Source of the DNA: an uncultured Melioribacter sp.
GTDB lineage: Bacteria; Bacteroidota; Ignavibacteria; Kapaibacteriales; Kapaibacteriaceae
Direction of reading: 5' to 3'
Length of the DNA stretch: 64,000 nucleotides
NCBI GenBank assembly: GCA_964465685.1
Contig: CAYXKK010000011.1
Span: 3,356-67,355 of the forward strand
Of this stretch, positions 59,632-64,000 are shown in pieces. A program made the translations under genes and the position numbers. The first letter of the stretch is position 1, and the number at the start of each line of letters is the position of its first letter. A model generated the notes under the pieces. The model was not told the DNA's origin, did not search any database, and saw only the letters and a list, made by a program, of their open reading frames with translations.

Positions 59632-62600
59632 ATGGTTAGGGCGCCGAGTACTCGGCGGGTGCACTTCTTCACGTCCATTCTCGCAATGGTCATCCTTGGT
59701 GTGCTCTTCGCACGAGCACAACCTCAGCCTCTTCTACAACCCATCTTTCCGTTGCCGGGTCAAGATGCAGTCGATGTAACATCATCGATCGTCATCCGGG
59801 CACCTGCCCCGATAGATGTAGGTACAGTTGGAACATTCTATCCCAACGCTGCACCCAATGGGTGGCGTCCGGATGTTCCAACAGTCTTAGTTGTGCGTGA
59901 GGATGTTGCACGCACAACCCCACGTGAACTGTGGACGCGATCAGCGATCTACGGCACGACATCATTAGACGACAATCGCACCGTACGATGGAAGCCGGCA
60001 AGACTCCTCCCACGCACAACCTATCGATGCGTCGTGTCGGGAATTGCGCTCGCCCCTCACCAAGGGGGCTCACTGTGTCCCCCACTTGAATACACCTTCA
60101 CAACGGCACGTCCTGTTGCTACGGTGCGTGCTACCACACTCGATTCTCTTCGCGTACTTACGTGTCAGCAACCTCTCACTGTGCAGCTGAGAGATCCGCT
60201 CCCGACGCCCGCTTCTGCGTACACGCTGTTCTCCGTTGAGGAACACACACAGGAAGGCATGTGGGTGTCTGTGCCTACATCGATTACTGTAACGCCCGAT
60301 CTGACACACGCAATAGTGCTACCGCGTTCGAGCTGGCCTGTAGGTCGACCGATCCGCTTGCGTTGTGCGCTGGAACAGCTCACGGGAGATCCCCTAACCA
60401 CGTATGTGCGACAAAGCGTGGTGCGAGGTGCAACAACAATCACAACGTCGGTTCGCGTTGTGGATGGTTCTACGCCACCGTCTTCAATCGTAGCGCTCTT
60501 CGACACCACGACGCGAGTGCTACCTCTTGGTCGAACGGTCGACATAGTTGCGCCGGGAGATCTTCCTGCGCCCTGGCGGTTTGCGGGATGGGATGTGCCG
60601 CGCGCATATGCTATCGCCACCGAAGCGTCGCACAGTGCAAGAATTGGTGTCGATTGTTCGACCGCGCCTACAGCGATCAACATTGTTGCCCGCGTCGAGC
60701 ACATTGATAGCGTTGATCTCGAGCTTGAACTCGACAGTGGTGGAAGTGTTCACGTGTACGATCGAGATGGTGCGCTCCTTGGAACACATACGCAATCAGC
60801 AACGATCAGAGTGGCAGTGGTACAAGCCCCTTACACACTCAGCGCAGTGCCGAATGCGAACATGTCGTTTACTGCGTGGCAGAAAGCACCTCAGGGAAGC
60901 GCCGGATCAACAGCTTCATCTCTTACCATTCAGGCTTCGTCGCTTGTTGGCATGAACGGTGGTGGACCGTCCCAGGGAACGGCACTGTCGGGGAATGTGG
61001 TGAATCCCAAATTCACGCCATTAAGTCCATACCGTACCGAGCGCTACCGGTTGGTTGCGCGCATCGCAGATGATGATGCTGACGCATTGTTCAGCGTCGA
61101 CGATGCAGTCCAATTCACAACAGCCCGAGAGTTTGAAGACGTATCACCGGGAACGCGAACGGTGTGTGTTTCTGCACAACGATGTTGGGAAATCACCGGC
61201 TATCACGATCCATCGCTTGGTCCGCCTGTTCGGTTCACAACACCAGTGCAAGAGTACTGTCACACGGCGGCAATGCTTGATCCCGAGAATGCCATCACGT
61301 TCTTTGCGCGGCGCAAGCGTATTGATCTGCGCGTTGAGCGCGTTGTCCTCGGCTCCGAGGATCCTTTGCACATCCTCACCGATCGCTCACCGCATCCCGA
61401 GACACAGATTGATGTCGCTAAGCGTCAACTCGTTCGAGGTATCGAACAATGGATGCCTCTAGGGAAAGTCACGTGTACGACACCGCAGGAGCTCTTTGAG
61501 CGATATGAATTGCGGTGTGGCGATCAGGTGCGGCTTACAGTTAGAGCCGCAACGCATCGAGGTGATGAATGGCGATGGTGGTCGGTGCGCAACAACTATG
61601 CAATTCCCGCAATGGAGCAACAAACGATCTCGGGTGGAGTATACACACTCGTTATTGACGAAGACATTGCACGTTTCGACGGTCTATCGTGTGATGCACG
61701 CCCAACGGGTAAACGCGAGGTGCGGGTGCAAGCTGCGTTTCGACGTCTCTTCGCAGTTGCATCGATGAGTATGCGCATTCGTACGGTACAAGACATCGAC
61801 CGAACGAAGTCGCGGTTTGAGGAACGCTGGTTCGATCCACTGACCTACTACGAACGACAATCTGATGAGCCTAAAGGTGGACGTCATCTTGAGTATGTAC
61901 CGCGCAAAGGAACAATCATCAAGGTGAAGTACACACTTCCTGTAGATGTTCCATCAATCTTTGCTGGTGGCATGACAGCGTCGTCGTGGGACAACTACTT
62001 GATCAATGCGCCGCAAACACAGGGTCTGGACTTTAGTGTGGCAACTGGTGATCGCGGAAACACAAATCTTCTTCCCACGACTGGGCAATCGCCTGATATT
62101 GTTGAGTTCTCCATTTGCGATCCAACGACACGTCCGATTCAACAGGCGTTGCACTTCGGTATCGTCGATGTGACGTGTGGTAGTGGAGTCCGTTCGATCT
62201 ACCAAGAGCCACTTGTTGCGCCCTATACGTTCACTGCACAGCAACTCGAACTTCCCGGGTTTGGACTGCGACTCCAGCGCGCCGACATCGAGTATGATGG
62301 TGACTGGGACGTCTGGCCATTCGTCATGAAAGGAGAGATCTACAACGCAATCTATGGTGGCAATCTTGCCGTCGATGGTGCACACCATACATCCACGGCG
62401 TTCAGTCGGCTACCGGTGTGTAATGAGCAGCAGGGCAAAGCGAACGAGTGTACTATCGCCTATACAGACGATGACAAAACACTTGGATACGGTGATCGCG
62501 CAATGTGGCTGCAGACGATGTGGATGGATGGCTTCGACAAAGCTTGGTGGATGATGTCGACGTGGGATGAAGACTGCAAGGATGAAGACGACTGTCTCGT

Positions 62601-62910
62601 CAATCGCATGGATGACGTTGTCGCGATAGTCAAACGAGGAGTCGATGCGTATGCAGGTACAGGTGGATCGAGCGATCTCGACTGGGATGGTTCAATACCC
62701 GAGCTCGTTAAAGCTGGTGCTGATTTGATTGCGACGTTGCTTCCACCGGATGAGCAGGACGACTTCCTTGGCGAGGGCACGTTTTTCGAAGACATTGGTT
62801 CGCGCTGGGGAATGCGCACAGCGCAATCACCCAAGATCATTGTTGATCACGAGAATATCCGCTATCACCTGCGCGGACAGTGGTACGTGTCGAAGGCCGT
62901 GGTTCGTTGA
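59632..62910 (+). CDS. Large secreted hypothetical protein: SbsA/Big_5-like Ig domains, B-repeat-like units, acidic C2-like C-terminus
   Basis: GGAGG RBS; signal peptide ending RAQ; P.PG...V...L.P.TTY...YTFTT; F.GW/FTAW units; C-terminal DGDWD...WDED...DDFLG. Confidence 0.65.
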   Translation: MVRAPSTRRVHFFTSILAMVILGVLFARAQPQPLLQPIFPLPGQDAVDVTSSIVIRAPAPIDVGTVGTFYPNAAPNGWRPDVPTVLVVREDVARTTPRELWTRSAIYGTTSLDDNRTVRWKPARLLPRTTYRCVVSGIALAPHQGGSLCPPLEYTFTTARPVATVRATTLDSLRVLTCQQPLTVQLRDPLPTPASAYTLFSVEEHTQEGMWVSVPTSITVTPDLTHAIVLPRSSWPVGRPIRLRCALEQLTGDPLTTYVRQSVVRGATTITTSVRVVDGSTPPSSIVALFDTTTRVLPLGRTVDIVAPGDLPAPWRFAGWDVPRAYAIATEASHSARIGVDCSTAPTAINIVARVEHIDSVDLELELDSGGSVHVYDRDGALLGTHTQSATIRVAVVQAPYTLSAVPNANMSFTAWQKAPQGSAGSTASSLTIQASSLVGMNGGGPSQGTALSGNVVNPKFTPLSPYRTERYRLVARIADDDADALFSVDDAVQFTTAREFEDVSPGTRTVCVSAQRCWEITGYHDPSLGPPVRFTTPVQEYCHTAAMLDPENAITFFARRKRIDLRVERVVLGSEDPLHILTDRSPHPETQIDVAKRQLVRGIEQWMPLGKVTCTTPQELFERYELRCGDQVRLTVRAATHRGDEWRWWSVRNNYAIPAMEQQTISGGVYTLVIDEDIARFDGLSCDARPTGKREVRVQAAFRRLFAVASMSMRIRTVQDIDRTKSRFEERWFDPLTYYERQSDEPKGGRHLEYVPRKGTIIKVKYTLPVDVPSIFAGGMTASSWDNYLINAPQTQGLDFSVATGDRGNTNLLPTTGQSPDIVEFSICDPTTRPIQQALHFGIVDVTCGSGVRSIYQEPLVAPYTFTAQQLELPGFGLRLQRADIEYDGDWDVWPFVMKGEIYNAIYGGNLAVDGAHHTSTAFSRLPVCNEQQGKANECTIAYTDDDKTLGYGDRAMWLQTMWMDGFDKAWWMMSTWDEDCKDEDDCLVNRMDDVVAIVKRGVDAYAGTGGSSDLDWDGSIPELVKAGADLIATLLPPDEQDDFLGEGTFFEDIGSRWGMRTAQSPKIIVDHENIRYHLRGQWYVSKAVVR

Positions 62911-62949
62911 AGCAATACCTATTCATCTTTCTACCCAAGGAGACATTTC

Positions 62950-63579
62950 ATGAAGTACTTCATTCTTGCCATCATCGCACTCCTACCCACGCTCGCATCA
63001 CACGCACACGTCACACCGTCGGGCGGTTCACGTGAAAGATCACTTCACCAGGGTGATCGCGTTGAGGTAACGTGGGACAGCTCAAGTGTTGCATCTCCAG
63101 TCACCATTTCACTATGGGATGGAGAACGACGACGTACAATTCCGATTCATCGATCGCTTACACCATCTACCGCATCGTACGAGTGGACGATTCCGGACAC
63201 GCTACCACCTGGATCACTCTATCGGTTTGTAGTAGCATCAACAGCGAGTCCTACGATGAGTCACTTCAGTCAGAGCTTTGTGACAATTCAACGCACCACG
63301 CCACAGATCAGTAGTGTTACATCTACAGATGCTGTGCTCACGGTGGAGGCCATGCCACTACCTGCAGGTGATCGTATTCGCGTGCAATGGAGCGGAGGAG
63401 AAGCGCAGCAGGTTGTGCTTACCACTTCAGTTGGACAGACGATCTCGACGTGGTCATGCGCAGTCGGATCATCGCGCATGGAGTGCGACGTCAGTGCCGT
63501 TGCTTCTGGTGTTTATCTGCTATCAGTTCAGTTCACAAGCGGTGCAACAACGACGCGTCCGGTCGTCATTCAACACTAG
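62950..63579 (+). CDS. Small secreted protein: Kre9/KNH-like Ig domain + T9SS type A CTD
   Basis: AAGGAG RBS; VTW...ISLW...YEWTIP...G..YR; P.PA...GQ...ASGVYL tail. Confidence 0.7.
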   Translation: MKYFILAIIALLPTLASHAHVTPSGGSRERSLHQGDRVEVTWDSSSVASPVTISLWDGERRRTIPIHRSLTPSTASYEWTIPDTLPPGSLYRFVVASTASPTMSHFSQSFVTIQRTTPQISSVTSTDAVLTVEAMPLPAGDRIRVQWSGGEAQQVVLTTSVGQTISTWSCAVGSSRMECDVSAVASGVYLLSVQFTSGATTTRPVVIQH

Positions 63580-64000
63580 TCACCTAATAGTGTGTACGAT
63601 GAACCCTTTCGAGGAATGCATATCCGCATGCCCGGAAGACGTTCGTGGAGATCAAGCGCGAGAGAATCACAGGATTCCGGCTCACCATGCATCAACACCA
63701 GTGTTGACGGTCGCACATCTGTTACGAACTCGATGAGCGACTCGCGTGATGCATGAGCGCTAAACCGAAATCGTTCTACCTCGCAGGTTCGTGTAACCCT
63801 GCGTCCTGCGAGGTCGAATGGTTGTTTCCGTTCCGACATCGACAAGGCATGTCCTGGCGTAGTCGGGTGTTGATAGCCGATGAATGCTATTCCATAGTTC
63901 GGTCGCGACATCCAGATCTGCGCAAGATTGTAGGACAGTGTGCCAGCGTTGAGCATGCCTGATGAGGCGAGAACAATCGACGGTGTCTTTAGATAGGGTC
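63576..64000 (-). CDS. Beta-CASP family MBL-fold nuclease (5' part outside the window)
   Basis: IVLASSGML, IGYQ...TPG, FSAHA and HGE motifs. Confidence 0.8.
   Translation of the reverse strand, partial: PYLKTPSIVLASSGMLNAGTLSYNLAQIWMSRPNYGIAFIGYQHPTTPGHALSMSERKQPFDLAGRRVTRTCEVERFRFSAHASRESLIEFVTDVRPSTLVLMHGEPESCDSLALDLHERLPGMRICIPRKGSSYTLLGD

Noticed and set aside
63024-63039. parS-like CGGTTCACGTGAAAGA
   Set aside because: Three mismatches to the consensus and inside a coding region; plausibly chance.

Overview
A gene-dense 64-kb bacterial chromosomal segment. T9SS-type C-terminal domains, DUF2795, bshB1, a TonB receptor and Bacteroidota-style TAnnTT(T/C)G promoter motifs point to the FCB group, possibly Kapabacteria/Ignavibacteria-like (inference, not a database result). 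Housekeeping genes include comM, rnhA, dut, rpiB, a truncated rsmH-murF-mraY block, ispD, coaX, birA, mnmE, mnmG, serS and rarA. The window probably contains the replication origin: two parS sites before mnmG and a 514-bp DnaA-box-rich spacer after serS, with no dnaA nearby. The accessory content is secreted surface proteins: (1) five paralogous arylsulfotransferase (ASST)-like beta-propeller proteins sharing an unnamed ~140-aa domain and T9SS-like tails, three of them clustered beside a TonB receptor; (2) two tandem Ig-rich T9SS proteins with unrelated N-terminal tips and an apparently identical 863-bp 3' block; (3) a ~1090-aa protein ending in a C2-like acidic domain, followed by a small Ig+CTD gene. 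I saw no CRISPR array, rRNA, tRNA, transposase, integrase or reverse transcriptase. All product calls come from motif recognition by eye.
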